Assembly: GCF_006345805.1 (NCBI RefSeq)
Contig: NC_043006.1
Coordinates: 14,260,001 to 14,324,000, forward strand
Reading direction: 5' to 3'
Origin: Octopus sinensis
Taxonomy: Eukaryota
Length of the DNA: 64,000 nt
A program made the translations under genes and the position numbers. This document shows, piece after piece, positions 13,756 to 26,711 of this stretch (positions are counted from its first letter, which is position 1; every line of letters begins with the position of its first letter). The notes under the pieces were generated by a model. That model did not search any database, was not told where the DNA came from, and saw only the letters and a program-made list of their open reading frames with translations.

Positions 13756-14479
13756 AATTACAACCATGTTTTGTGGTCTGCTACCACAACAGCTCCTTTA
13801 TAGGACCCAGTAAGCTCAAGACATCATCAGGAGGAACTACGTCCGGTTTCGGCCCCTACACCTCAACCGTTTCAGAGGTGTCTTCAGCTCTAGTGTTGGG
13901 TGCATATACATATATATACGACGGGCTTCTTTCAGTTTCCGTCTACCAAATCCACTCACAAGACTTTGGTCGGCCCGAGGCTATAGTAGAAGACACTTGC
14001 ACAAGGTACCACGCAGTGGGAATGAACCCGGAACCATATGGTTGGTAAGCAAGCTACTTACCACACAGCCACTCATGCGCCTGTGTGTCTGTATATATTC
14101 ATATACAGACACACATACACATACATACGTGCATATATACATTGATATACTTATATATATGTATGCATATATATACTACTTTGGGCAGCAAGCTGGCAGA
14201 AACATTAGCACGCCGGGCGAAATGCGTAGCCATATTTCGTCTGCCGTTACGTTCTGAGTTCAAATTCCACCGAGATTAACTTTGCCTTTCATCCTTTCGG
14301 GGTTGATAAATTAAGTACCAGTTACGTACTGGGGTCGATGTAATCGACTTAATCCGTTTGTCTTTTCTTGTTTGTCCCCTCTGTGTTTAGCCCCTTGTGG
14401 GTAGTAAAGAAATATATATATATGTATATATATATATGTATATATATATAAATATATATATATGTATATATATATATGG

Positions 14480-14770
14480 AATCGTGGCCGATGCCAGCGC
14501 CGCCTCAACTGGCTTCCGTGCCGGTGGCACGTAAAATGCACCAATCCGACCGTGGCCATTGCCAGCCTCGCCTGGCACCTGTGCGGGTGGCACGTAAAAA
14601 GCACCCACTACACTCACGGAGTGGTTGGCGTTAGGAAGGGCATCCAGCTGTAGAAACTCTGCCAGATCAGACTGGGCCTTGTGCAGCCTTCTGGCTTCCC
14701 AGACCCCAGTCGAACCATCCAACCCATGCTAGCATGGAAAGCGGACGTTAAACGATGATGATGATGATGA
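14480..14770 (+). mobile_element. (ATG)n-tailed retroposon family C with an internal minisatellite (copies at about 1480, 5040, 8400, 19640, 33540, 35545, 43400, 51900, 61140, 63625)
   Basis: Conserved ..ccaacccatgctagcatggaaagcggacgttaaacgatgatg 3' end; variable numbers of roughly 60-bp gtgccac-containing units. Confidence 0.75.
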
Positions 14771-15373
14771 TGATTTATCTTTTCAGTGTGTTTAATATTT
14801 AAAAACATGTTAAAAGATACAATAAAAAGCGTGCCATTATATAGAACAGCTAACAATAGGCATAAATACACCTGGAAAGTGCATTACTTTCTTGGTATTC
14901 ACAGAAATCAATTACAGATCATTTCTATTGAAGTTATTTGACACTGCTTTTCCTATCAGGTTTCTTTGGTTGGCAATGGTGTTAATTATTAGCAGGAATT
15001 CACAGCAGCTATAGCTAATTCACTCGATAACAAGGAAGTGTTTACGCTGTCGAAACCAATAATAAGAACCATCAACCATTTTCTCACTGCTTCGTGCTTC
15101 CATGGGAATTTATGCCAAGACAATTTTACTTTGCTGATTTACCTTCTGTGAAATTTAGCTTTATTTCTTATTTTAAAGAAATTATTCTTCTGTATTTGTG
15201 GAAGTATGTTCTAAATATACTGATCTAACTGTCCTCTCCTATATATATGTGTGTGTATGTGTGTGTGTGTGTATTTACACACGTGTATACATACACACAG
15301 ACACACATACACATTTATATTTTCATACATACATATCTATATGTAAACATACATATATATGTATACATATATA

Positions 15374-15411
<38 letters not shown>

Positions 15412-15690
15412 ACGATAAACATCGCCCTTTTCAAGCCTAGCCAGGGTCATGGGCCTGGTTTTCCGGTTTCTGTGGCATATGTGTTCCCCCCGCAGTGTTA
15501 CTCAAGAAACAGGAAGAAAGAGTGAAAGGGGGCGAAATAGTACAACAGGGGTCGCCACCACCCCCTGCCGGAGCCTCGTGGAGCTTTAGGTGTTTTCACT
15601 CAATAAACACACACAACGCCCGGTCTGGGAATCGAAACCGCAATCATCTGACCGCAAGTCGGCTGCCCTAACCACTGAGCCATTGCACCT

Positions 15691-15736
<46 letters not shown>

Positions 15737-16080
15737 TCATCATCATCACCATCTTGATTATTTTAATATTCACTTTTTATGCTTGCATGGGTCAGTTAGA
15801 GTTTATTATGGCAGATTTTCTATGGCTGGATGCCCTTCCTATCACCAACCCTCATCTGTTTCAGAGGAAAGTAATATCCCACCACCTATGGCCAGACATG
15901 TTTTCCTGGCAGACTGGAAATGAGGAACTATTTGTATGCTGGGAATACTCATTCACAACAATCACATGATATCAAGGCAAAGAAACACAAACACACATAC
16001 ACACACACGTGTGAGTGTGTGTGTGTGTGCATAAATAGACTGGCAAATTAGTACGTTTTTATTGTTAAACTATTATTTAA

Positions 16081-16329
16081 CCTCTTGTTACCACATTTCT
16101 AACAAGACACACTGCTCATATATTCCAATAATAGTTATCAATGAGAAAGGATTTAATGAAATAATTAAATTTTTCATTAATTGGTACATAAAGTTAGTGT
16201 ATAGAACCTAACTTAACAAATGGTTGGTATATAATAAATATGCGATGAAAGTTTTAATTCCAGTACAAACATATAAAAGACATAAGGGATTTTGTAAGTT
16301 ATGCCTTGGGCAGATTGACATTGATAGGG
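16081..16329. mobile_element. Degenerate TTAA-flanked MITE
   Basis: TTAA|cctcttgttacc..gataggg|TTAA. Confidence 0.5.
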
Positions 16330-16441
16330 TTAAAACCAAATCTGACTGGAATTAATAAATGTTTCAGTTCCTCTGTTGCTCAATCATGCTGCTTTCAGAA
16401 CCAGATTTAGATGAAGAGAAGCCTTAGGTTGTGCTTTTTCC

Positions 16442-17046
16442 GAGGCCTCCCTCAAAAGACAGTGTCAAAAATATTGACAACAGGTCAAAAATATTGACAA
16501 CAGGTCAAAAATATTGACACATTGACAAAAAATATTGACACACTGAGGCCTCCCTCAAAAGACTTATGACAGTGTCAAAAATATTGACACATTGAGGCCT
16601 CCCTCAAAAGACTTATGACGGTGTCAAAAATATTGACACATTGACAAAAATATTGACACATTGAGGCCTCCCTCAAAAAACTTATGACAGTGTCAAAAAT
16701 ATTGACACATTGAGGCTTCCCTCAAAAGACTTATGACGGTGTCAAAAATATTGACACATTGACAAAAATATTGGCACATTGAGGCCTCCCTCAAAAGACT
16801 TATGACAGTGCAAAAAATATTGACACATTGAGGCCTCCCTCAAAAGACTTATGACGGTGTCAAAAATATTGACACATTGACAATAATATTGACACATTGA
16901 GGCCTCCCTCAAAAGACTAATGACAGTGTCAAAAATATTGACACATTGACAAAAATTTTGACACATTGAGGCCTCCCTCAAAAGACTTCTGACAGTGTCA
17001 AAATATTGACAACAGGTCAAAAATATTGACACATTGACAACAGGTC
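16442..17046. repeat. Higher-order minisatellite of alternating 49-bp and 69-bp units
   Basis: gaggcc unit starts at 16545, 16594, 16663, 16712, 16781, 16830, 16899 and 16968, giving spacings 49, 69, 49, 69, 49, 69, 69. Confidence 0.95.
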
Positions 17047-17324
17047 ACCTGAGTTTTGCGATTCTAGGGTTCAGCCTATAGATAAATCCAAAACTGCTTC
17101 ATATTTTCAGTGACATGTAAAAGGTATCTGTGCTGGTGACACGTGCAAGACACCCATGTTGGTGACATGTAAAAGACACCCAGTACACTCTGTGGAGTGG
17201 TTGGAATTAAGAAAGGCATCCAGCCGTAGAAACCAAGCCAAAACAGAATGGTGCAGCTCTCCAGCTTACCAGCACCAGTCAAGCTGTCTTGCCCATTGCT
17301 AGCATGGAAAACAGATGCTAAAAG

Positions 17325-17490
17325 ATGATGACGACAATGATGATGATTTTGATGATGATGATGATGGTGGTGGCGGCGGCGGCGGTGGTGGTGGTGGTGG
17401 TGGTGGTGGTGGTGGTGGTGGTGGAGGTGGTGATGATGATGGTGATGATGACAATGATGATGACGACGACGATGATGATGGCAATGATGA
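17325..17490. repeat. (GAT)n-(GGC/GGT)n-(GAT)n compound microsatellite
   Basis: Directly visible. Confidence 0.9.
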
Positions 17491-17830
17491 TGACGATGTA
17501 AAAGAATTTAATTAAACATCATATTCCACTACCACTAACCCCACCATTTTTTTCTGCAGTGTCAATCATCTTATCCTCCCCCTACCCCAACTCATGCATC
17601 ATTGGTCATTCCACCCCATTCCCAATCCACCTTTCACTACTTCCATCCTCCAACACTACCCAATATTCACTGTTGTTGCATATTCCCCCCTCCCCCTTCA
17701 CCCATTCCCATCTCTCATTCTCCCATACACTCTTAACCTCACCCACCCATTCTCCTGGAGTTCCTCTATCACTCTCACTTCTGCTCACCTTGGGAAACTT
17801 GAGAAACCACTTGGATACCTTATCACCATG

Positions 17831-18165
17831 AAGGCGCGTGGCTCAGTGGTTAGAGTGTCGAGCTTACGATCGTGAGGTTGTGATCTCAAATCCCGGACCG
17901 GGCTGCATGTTGTGTTCTTGAGCAAGACACTTTATTTCACATTGCTCCAGTTCACTCAGCTGTAGAAATGAGTTACGTCACAGGTGCCAAGCTGTATCGG
18001 CCCTTGCCTTTCCCTTGGATAACACTGGTGGCATGGAGAGGGGAGAGTGGTATGCATGGGCGACTGCTGGTCTTCCATAAAACAACCTTGCCCAGACTTG
18101 TGCCTCAGAGGGTAACTCTCTAGGTGCAAGCCCATGGTCAGTGTCTGACCAAAGGGGGTTACACA
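17831..18165 (+). mobile_element. tRNA-derived SINE family D (related heads at about 24650-24745 and 31195-31320)
   Basis: ggcgcgtggctcagtggttag A box, degenerate B box, then ttgagcaagacactttatttcac body. Confidence 0.7.
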
Positions 18166-18489
18166 CACACCTTATCACCACTATTATTATCTCTTTCCAG
18201 CACCATCTGATCACTTCCGCTTTCTTTTCTAAAATGTAGGTAGTCATATAGTAAGTAGTAAGCTGTAAAATCCCCTGCTGGTGACCAGAGGGAGTGGCTG
18301 TCCTCTCAACCAATACATTGCTGTGGTTGCTGCTGTTACTGTTACTGTTGAGCGAATGGTCTTCATCCCAGAGCTCGCAAGATGGGAGAAGTCTGAAACG
18401 TGGTCCTTTGCTATTCGTAAGACCCACAGAAGAGAAAGTAGGTCAACCCCCGACACCAAGAGCATCGACAGATGGATGAATGCGCATCC

Positions 18490-18717
18490 AGGCTCAGCGG
18501 TTGCGTAGGAAGTCAGGGACAAGAAACAGGAAGAAAGAGTGAGAGAAAGTTGGGGCAAAAGAGTACAACAGGGGTCGCCACCACCCCCTGTCGGAGCCTC
18601 ATAGAGCTCTAGGTGTTTTCGCTCAATAAACACACACAACACCCGGTCTGGGAATCGAAACCGCGATCCTCCAACTGTGAGTTCGCTGCCCTAACCATTG
18701 GGCCATTGCGCTTCCAC
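18490..18717 (-). mobile_element. tRNA-derived SINE family E (copies at about 13150, 15490, 59560)
   Basis: Minus-strand ggcgcaatggcccaatggttagggcagc..ggtttcgattccc tRNA-like head with a non-tRNA body. Confidence 0.75.
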
Positions 18718-18719
18718 TG

Positions 18720-19200
18720 TGGTTGTTGCTGGATGATGGACTCTGGTGGTGATGTTATTCCATGCTTTCCCATCCTTAGCTTGCTTTTGGTCAAGGCACT
18801 GCAACTTCACCCAAATCTTCTTTGGCACACTGCACTAGATTCTCCAGTGTGCAGGTGGCTGCCATCACAAAAGTGGGTGTGGCAGTCTTCCAGTGCTCCT
18901 CCTGTAGATGTGGCCAAACCACTCTAACTTGTACTGCCGGACTTGGTCTTCAATGGTCGGATGCTGCTGACATTGTTCTCAGCTGTTATTGTTTGAGATT
19001 CGGTTGTGTAGAGAGACACCAAGGATCTGATGAAGACACTGCACTTGGAACACCTCAAGCTTGTTCAGATCTTGTTTAAGGATGGTCCAAGCCTCAGTGC
19101 TGTAGAGGAGGACAAGCAGAACCAGCATGCAGAAAAGATAGATCTTGGTTGTTAGGAAAATGTTGGGCTTCTTCCAGACACACCATCGAAGGGTAGATAG
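18720..19200 (-). mobile_element. Decayed RTE-like LINE fragment
   Basis: Minus strand shows LLYSTEAW and LEQA.GVP..LH-type remnants with stops. Confidence 0.45.
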
Positions 19201-20085
19201 TCATGTAGCTCCTCTACACTAAGAAACATATTGTGCTCTTGCCCTTTCTCTCATACTTCAACCATCAACTCCTAGCATAAAGCTGCCCACCTCAGGGCAA
19301 ATTGTAAAAGCAGCCTCACTAGTGCTGGTGCTATGAAAAAAACACCTACTATATGCTGTAAAGTAGTTGGCATGAGGAAGGGTATCCAATCATAGAAACC
19401 ATACGAAAGCAGGCACTGGAATACAATGCAATACCTGGACTATTTAGATCCTGTCAAACCATCCCACCCGTGTCAGCATGGAACATGCACATTAAATGAT
19501 GACAAAGGTAATGATGTTTAAAGTTAACCCCCCAATTCTATCAAACACAGATATACACTCATGTCACCTTTGTTGCAAAACAGTTTAACAAGAATTCTTC
19601 ATTTGTAGGAATAGAACTTCAAATTCAACCCATTAAATGCAGGTTTATAATCTATGGAAATTGCAGTTGTGATACCAGTGCCAGTGGCACGTAAAAGAAC
19701 CATCTAAATGTGGCCCTTTCCTGCTTGCAAAGACCTGTTGAGGCAAGTGAAATCGAAATCGATAAAATATCAATGGAAATTGCAATTGTGATACCAATGC
19801 CAGTGACATGTAAAAGAACCATCCGAACGTGGCCATTGCCAGCGCTGCCTCGACTGGCCTCCATGCCGGTGACACATAAAAAGCACCAACCGATCATGGC
19901 CATTGCCAGCCTCGCTTGGCATGTAAAAAGCACCCATTACACTCACGGAGTGGTTGGTGTTAGGAAGGGCATACAGCTGTAGAAACACTACCAGATCAGA
20001 CTGGGCCTGGTGCAGCCTCCTGGCTTCCCTGACCCCAGTTGAACCGTCCAACCCATGCTAGCATAGAAAGTGGACGTTAAACGAC

Positions 20086-20123
<38 letters not shown>

Positions 20124-20562
20124 CTAAAAATTCTATGAGCTTTTCATTCCTGATATATTTAGAAAGAGCTTAAACACTGTCAAATTGTGTTCTTATATTG
20201 ATTCAAATTTTGGCAAAAGATCAGCAATATCAAGGGAGGGGGTAAGTTGATTACATTGACCCCAGTGTTCAACTGGTACTTATTTTATTGACCCCCCCCC
20301 CAAGAGGATGAAAGGCAAAGTTGACCTAAAGTTGAATTTGAACTCAGAACAAGAAGATGGATGAAATACTGCTAAGCATTTTGTCTGGTGAGATAATGGT
20401 TCTGCCAGCTTGCCACCTTAAATTATGTTCTTATATTATTTACACACTAAAGCATTACCCATGATCTGAGGGGTAACTTCGGAAGTACATTTTTGCCACT
20501 ATAGATAATATCAAGAAATATGGTAAAACATTCAATTATTATAATTTAACTTTTATCAAAAA

Positions 20563-20740
20563 CTAGCAGTATTGCCCAGCGTTGCTCGGGTTTGTTTCAA
20601 CCCTTTAGAATTGGAATTTTTGAAAAGTAAAAATTTTGCATTATGTAGCTCTTTAAGTTAACATTTTTCTGTTTGAAATACACCGAAAAATGGAGACACA
20701 GCAGTCAAAAATATCGTAAAAAATAGGGATTTTCATAGAA
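20563..20740 (-). mobile_element. Helitron 3' end, truncated by a SINE
   Basis: Plus-strand a|ctag..gcccagcgttgctcggg is the reverse of the family 3' hairpin plus CTAG. Confidence 0.7.
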
Positions 20741-21831
20741 ATACTCTTTTTTACTCTTTCTCTTTTACTTGTTTCAGTCATTTGACTGTGGCCATGCTGG
20801 AGCACCGCCTTTAGTCGAGCAAATCGACCCCGGGACTTATTCTTTGTAAGCCCAGTACTTATTCTATCGGTTTCTTTTGCCGAACCGCTAAGTGACGGGG
20901 ACGTAAACACACAATGCTAGGGGGACAAACACAGACACACAAACACACACACACACATATATATATATACATATATACGACAGGCTTCTTTCAGTTTCCA
21001 TCTACCAAATCCACTCACAAGGCATTGGTCGGCCCGGGGCTATAGCAGAAGACACTTGCCCAAGATGCCACGCAGTGGGACTGAACCCGGAACCATGTGG
21101 TTGGTAAGCAAGCTACTTACCACACAGCCACTCCTGCGCCTATTAAATAAAGCACTTTTTTGATGTAAATAATTTTTAGTGTTAACATGGTCCGATTTGA
21201 ATTTTTTCTTCTACGGAAGGAAGAGCAAGCCTTCCTCTATCATCATCATCATCATCGTTTAAAATCCGCTTTCCATGCTAGCATAGGTTGGACAAATACT
21301 CTCAATTGGACAAATACTCCCATACTCTCAATTTTGGTCGACTTGCGCCGCAGGGTCTCGGAGGAGATAGTGTTAGTTGAAGGCTACCAAACCTGCCATA
21401 CACAGACAACTTCAGCTTTATATAGAGAGAGATTTTGGTGCTTGTACGTTTTTTCTTCTGCTGCTTTCATTGATTCACTATCGCCCTCCAATTCCATTTT
21501 TATGAATTTGAATTGGGAGCTTGAGTCATCCTGAATCTTTCACTAACCCATTAAAACAGGCAGTATCCAACCAAAATATTCTACCTGTTTTATGTTCAGA
21601 CCAGTCAGATTCGGCCTCTCACACCTTCTCTACAATGTCATTCCAAAAATAAACAATCAAGGCGTAGGAGTGGCTGTGTGGTAAGTAGCTTGCTTATGAA
21701 CCTCATGGTTCCAGGTTCAGTCCCACTGCATGGCACCTTGGGTAAGTGTCTTCTACTATAGCCTCGGGCCGACCAAAACCTTGTGAGCGGATTTGGTAGA
21801 CGGTAACTGAAAGAAGCCCGTCGTATATATA

Positions 21832-21867
<36 letters not shown>

Positions 21868-22513
21868 TTGTGTGTGTGTGTGTGTTTGTGTTTCTGTAGT
21901 TGTACCCCCCCACCACACACACACACACACAACATCGCTTGACAACTGATGCTGGTGTTTTTACGTCCCCGTAACTTAGCGGTTCGGCAAAAGAGACCGA
22001 TAGAGTAAGTACTAGGCTTACAAAGAATAAGACCTAGGGTTGATTTGCTCAACTAAAGGCGGTGCTCCAGCATGGCCACAGTCTTCTTCTTCTTCTTCTT
22101 CTTCTTCTTCTTCTTCTTCTTCTTCTTCTTCTTCTTCTCTTCTTCTTCTTCTTCTTCTTCTTCTATTATTATTATTATTATTATTATCATTAAATAATAA
22201 GTTTTAATTTTGGTTACTTTAACCTTTTTGCCTGTCCAAAGCATTTTTACAAGTTTGTCCCAAGCGTTGACGTTTGTCTTTATACTTTTAGTTTAACCCT
22301 TGTTTCAATGGCCTGAACAACATAAAGCTTTCCTTTCATACGTCCCAAGTTATTTTGGTGTTGGCCAAAATAACTGGGGAATGTGTAAAATGTATGATGC
22401 ATAAACACCAGAGAAATATGTTCCGCGCATCACATTGTGATGCACAGGATTGGCAAAGAATTAACCATTTAGCAGTCAGATTTCTTGGTCAAATATATTG
22501 CTTATAATATGTA

Positions 22514-23997
22514 CTAGCAGAATTGCCCGGCGTTGCTCGGGGCTGAATTGCTTGAAAGTACTGTTAATGATTGCACTGAATTATGATGATCATTCAAGCA
22601 AATATTGATATAAGTTTACGGTGGGAGATAAGGACTTAACGATCAAACGTGTGCCATTGCATTGTTTTGGGGGAACCAAATTTCTGAGGAGCATTATAGG
22701 GGCACCAACTTTAAGTTTGAGAAAGTGTGGTGGTAGTCCGGAGTGCTCAAAGGAATTGAGTACCTCTATTGGATAGTTGATGACGTCATCTGGGTTAGGA
22801 GTTGTATCGATAGACTGATATACATAGACTTCCCCAGGAATGAGTTTTAGCATTTCATCATTAATATGGTGAACAGTTTTATTCCTCGGGGCCAGTATAG
22901 CCTTTTGGCCAATCCAATCCATATTCTGATAATTAGCTTGTAGATCTGGGAACACTGCATCTCTGAGATCAGAAGGCGTCTTAACAATGGTACAAATGGA
23001 ATTGATGGCAATATTACCATTTTCATCCCCTGGTATTTTGCCTTCGCCAAGTGCAAGGAGGGTGTGAGGAAATGCTGCTGATGTGATATTACGTCGCATA
23101 TGAGCACGCATATTGGTGTGAAGTTTGAGAGTTACTTCCCTTTATTAAAAAAATATGCATTAAAATGGAAAAAAATGATGGTAAATTATTTGTAAAATCA
23201 TAGACTCATCGTAGACGCGCATTAATACCCAGAAGGGCTCGATATGAATCATGACTATAAGATACCCGGTTTTGGTTAAACTGCATCGCAAAATGTGGGA
23301 GTAGTTAGGAATCTAAATCGGAGTAGACAGACACACAACCTTTCTTTTATATATAAATATTTTCGTCCTAAAAAACTTTGTATGGATTGAATGGTTACCT
23401 GTATGGAAATATATACACGCACATTATACATACATGTGTGTATAGATGAATATATAAATACATTTAAATATCTATATACACTTTTGGGCGATCTTTCTGC
23501 TACTTGGATATACTTTAGGTCTTATATTCGTCCTAAAAAACTTTCCTGTCACACACTCACGCACACACACACACACACGCACCCTCACACACACACTCAC
23601 GCACACACACACACACGCACACACACACACACACACGTTAGCTTACAATTTTATTTATATATTTGCGTGTCTATGTGTGTAAAGAGGAAGTGGGAATGCA
23701 GAGTGAAAGAGTCACTCACTACAAAAAGTGAATTACTTTCACTTTAATCGTTGCACACTGTGTGTGTGCGTGTGCTGTAGCCCACACTAAGAAAAGCATT
23801 TGACTTATACACCACAATGTGAGTTTTCTCTAAATTTTGCTTAATTGGGGTTGAAATTTTAAAAACTGGACCTGGCACAACCCAATGCATTCTACTCTTA
23901 AAAATGCTAGGTAAATTGTAATTGAAGAAATCCTATATTGTAGATTTCTATAAGAGACAAAGGGAGGCAGATAAAATCTGCCTTTTATAATAAGAGA
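22514..23997 (-). mobile_element. Composite Helitron carrying a Pif1-like helicase fragment
   Basis: Minus strand A|TCTCTTATTATAAAA at 23997 through CCCGAGCAACGCCGGG-CTAG|T at 22514; the empty site is preserved in the inverted paralogous arm at about 31930-31950. Confidence 0.9.
22590..23111 (-). pseudogene. Helitron RepHel Pif1/SF1 helicase fragment (173-aa open frame)
   Basis: AILAPRNKTVHHIN, YPIEVLNS..SGLPPHFLKLKVGAPIMLLRNL.PPKQCNGTRLIVK are typical Helitron helicase motifs. Confidence 0.9.
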
Positions 23998-25153
23998 TTC
24001 AAGCTGGCAGAAACGTTAGCACGCCGGGTGAAATGCTTTGTGGTATTTCATCTGCCGCTGCGTTCTGAGTTCAAATTCCGCTGAGGATGAAAAGCAAAGG
24101 TCGACTTTGCATTTCATCCTTTCAGGGTCGATAAATTAAGTACCAGTGATGCACTGGGGTCGAAATAATCAACTTAATCCGTTTGTCTGTCCTTATTTGT
24201 CCTCTCTGTGTTTAGCCCCTTGTGGATAGTAAAGAAATATATATCATGTATTCACGTTGTTTTGAATTAAGCACACATTATCTTGTGGCTTCAAGATTTC
24301 AATATCTTTAGAATAACATTTCATGGTATGTGTGAGAGGTTGGATCTGGTCAGTTTTAACATAAAACAGGTAGAATATTTTGGCTAGATATGGCCAAATT
24401 AAACAAAAAAAATAAATAAAAGGAGCACTCCATCGGTTGTGAAGAAAAGGGTTCCAGTTGATCCGATCAACAGAACAGCTTGCTCGTGAAATTAACGTGC
24501 AAGTGGCTGAGCACTCCACAGGAATGAGCACCCTTAACATAGTTCTCAGGGAGATTCAGCATGGCATGGAGTGTAACAAGGCTGGCCCTTTGAAATACAG
24601 GTACTATTCATTTTCGCCAGCTGAGTGGACTGGAGCAATGTGAAATAAAGTATCTTGCTCAAGGACACAATGCGTCGCTGGGAATTGAACTCTTGACCTT
24701 ACGATCATGAGCCGAATGCCCTAACCACTAAGCCACACGCCTTCGAATTAAACACTAAAGGGTTAAAACAGGAAGTTTGTGTCACAGGACCAAGGGTAAT
24801 CTCTAACAGGTTGGTATCAAAAGGATTAAAAAATGAGAGGGTACATAGTATAAAGTTGTTCTTTCTGCATTTACTATGTCTGTAATAAAGACTGGATGGT
24901 CATAATATATATTTCTTTATTGCTCACAAGGGACTAAACATAGAGGGGACAAACAAGGACAGACAAAGGGATTAAGTCGATCATATCGACCCCAGTGCGA
25001 AACTGGTACTTTATTTATCGACCACGAAAGGATGAAAGGCAAAGTCGACCTTGGTGGAATTTGAACTCAGAACATAACAACAGACGAAATACTACTAAGC
25101 ATTTCGCCCAGCGTGCTAACAATTCTGCCAGCTCGCCACCGGATAGTCATAAT

Positions 25154-26447
25154 GCTCCACCTCCTAAACACAGCCTCTATCTCTGATTCCCAACACGGCT
25201 TCGTGCCGAAGCGATCATGCTTGACCAACTTACTAGTAATGGAAGAATTGGTGACGCGCATCCTCGATGATAGTGATGCTGTTGACATCGTTTTATTGGA
25301 CTTTGCCAAAGCTTTTGACTCGGTAAACCACCGCCTATTACTTGTCAAGCTTCAAGCATATAGTTTCCATCCGGATATTATATGATGGTTGGTGCCTTCC
25401 TCTCAGATCGCTCCTTCCAGTCCAAGTTAATGGTTCGCGGTTCCGACGTCTCTCCAGTGCGAGCAGTGGCGTGCCTCAAGGTTCAGTGCTTGGCCCTTGT
25501 TGTTCTTAGTCTTCATAAATGACTTGCCCGACGACCTCACGCAACACACCCTTCTATTTGCCGACGATATTAAACTGGTCGCTCCTCGCGGTAATATAGA
25601 GGATCTTCGTCAATGCCTCCACCAAATTTGGAAGTGGTCTAACGATTGGGACCTGTGTCTGAACGTGTCAAAGTGCTGTCATCTGCCTGTCGGCTCTACT
25701 CCTGCAACTCAACTTGATTTCGAGCCGGGTCGTCTGCTGCTGGAGAGGACCGATCAGGTAAAGGACCTGGGTATCTTGGTGGATTCCTCCTTTTTGCCTT
25801 CGGCCCAGTGCGTCCATGCTGCCAACAAAGCACGCGGAATTCTGTTCTTGATTCGACGGTCATTCGGAATGCTCACAGCAGCCATATTCCTACCACTCTA
25901 TGTCACACTGGTGAGACCCATATTGGAGTATGGGATTCAAGCCTCTTCTCCTTATCTCCTCAAAGACATACAGCATCTCGAAAGAGTCCAGAAGCTGGCT
26001 ACCCGCATGGTTCATGGTCTCAAAATTTGTCCTACGAAGAAAGGCTGAGGACGCTCGATCTTATTCTCTTGAAAAACGCCACCGCCGTGGTGATCTCATT
26101 CTCGCCCACAACATCATAAGCAGAAAGTGTAACCTCTCGAAAGAGCTGTTCTTCACTCCTGCTCCAGAGCGTCGGCTGCGGGGTCATTCCGAAAAGCTCT
26201 ACCTGCGACGATTTCATCTCAATCGAAGGAGAGGAGCTTTCTCGTCCCGGGTTTGCGGATCCGTGGAACAAGCTGCCAGATGAGATGGTAAAGATGCCGA
26301 CGACCACTTTGTTCAAAGCCTCCCTGGACCTCAAGTGGCCTGAACTCTTTACATGAACACCACCCTGTACTTAACTCCATGTCCCCCTACATGGCCTTGC
26401 TATTTGCTTTTGAGCCAAATTAACTAACTAACTAACTAACTAACTAA
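25154..26447 (+). mobile_element. 5'-truncated CR1-group LINE (RT domain, frameshifted) with a (TAAC)n tail
   Basis: QHGFVPKRSCLTNLL, DIVLLDFAKAFDSVNH, LFLVFINDLP, LFADDIKL, LERVQKLATRMV, SLEKRHRRGDLI; cataat duplication at 25148-25153 and 26448-26453; absent from the paralogous arm. Confidence 0.92.
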
Positions 26448-26711
26448 CATAATATAATGCAGTTGATTATAAGGCTTGCTCCAGTAGGGCTGACTTAAGA
26501 ACTAAACTACAACAACAATACCAACAACATATGAATATTTTATTGAAATACTTTTGTACTTCAGTTATATTTTTCAAGAACGATGCCAACAACATCTAAA
26601 CATTTCATTGAAAGAATTTTGCATTTCAGTTATATTTTCATATTTTAAAATAGATTTGAAACGGCTTATTTCCTTAGCCTTTATCTTCATCCTTATCTAA
26701 ATTTTACTTTA

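Larger units (their letters stand above)
22081..26708. repeat. Left arm of a large inverted duplication (partner 30313-32360)
   Basis: Collinear reverse-complement matches 22081-22513 vs 31937-32360, 23998-25153 vs 30785-31935, and 26448-26708 vs 30313-30795. Confidence 0.9.

Noticed and set aside
16442-17046. CRISPR-like array of palindromic repeats
   Set aside because: No unique spacers, no cas genes and a eukaryotic context; it is a higher-order minisatellite.
17363-17430. G-quadruplex-like (GGT/GGC)n tract as a regulatory element
   Set aside because: An ordinary microsatellite in a repeat-rich region with no supporting context.
17831-17900. tRNA-like sequences (also at about 18650-18717, 13290-13352, 59770-59830)
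   Set aside because: They have A/B-box heads without a convincing cloverleaf and continue into SINE bodies; called SINEs.
22590-23111. Host PIF1 helicase gene
   Set aside because: It lies inside Helitron termini, is a fragment, and is absent from the paralogous empty site.
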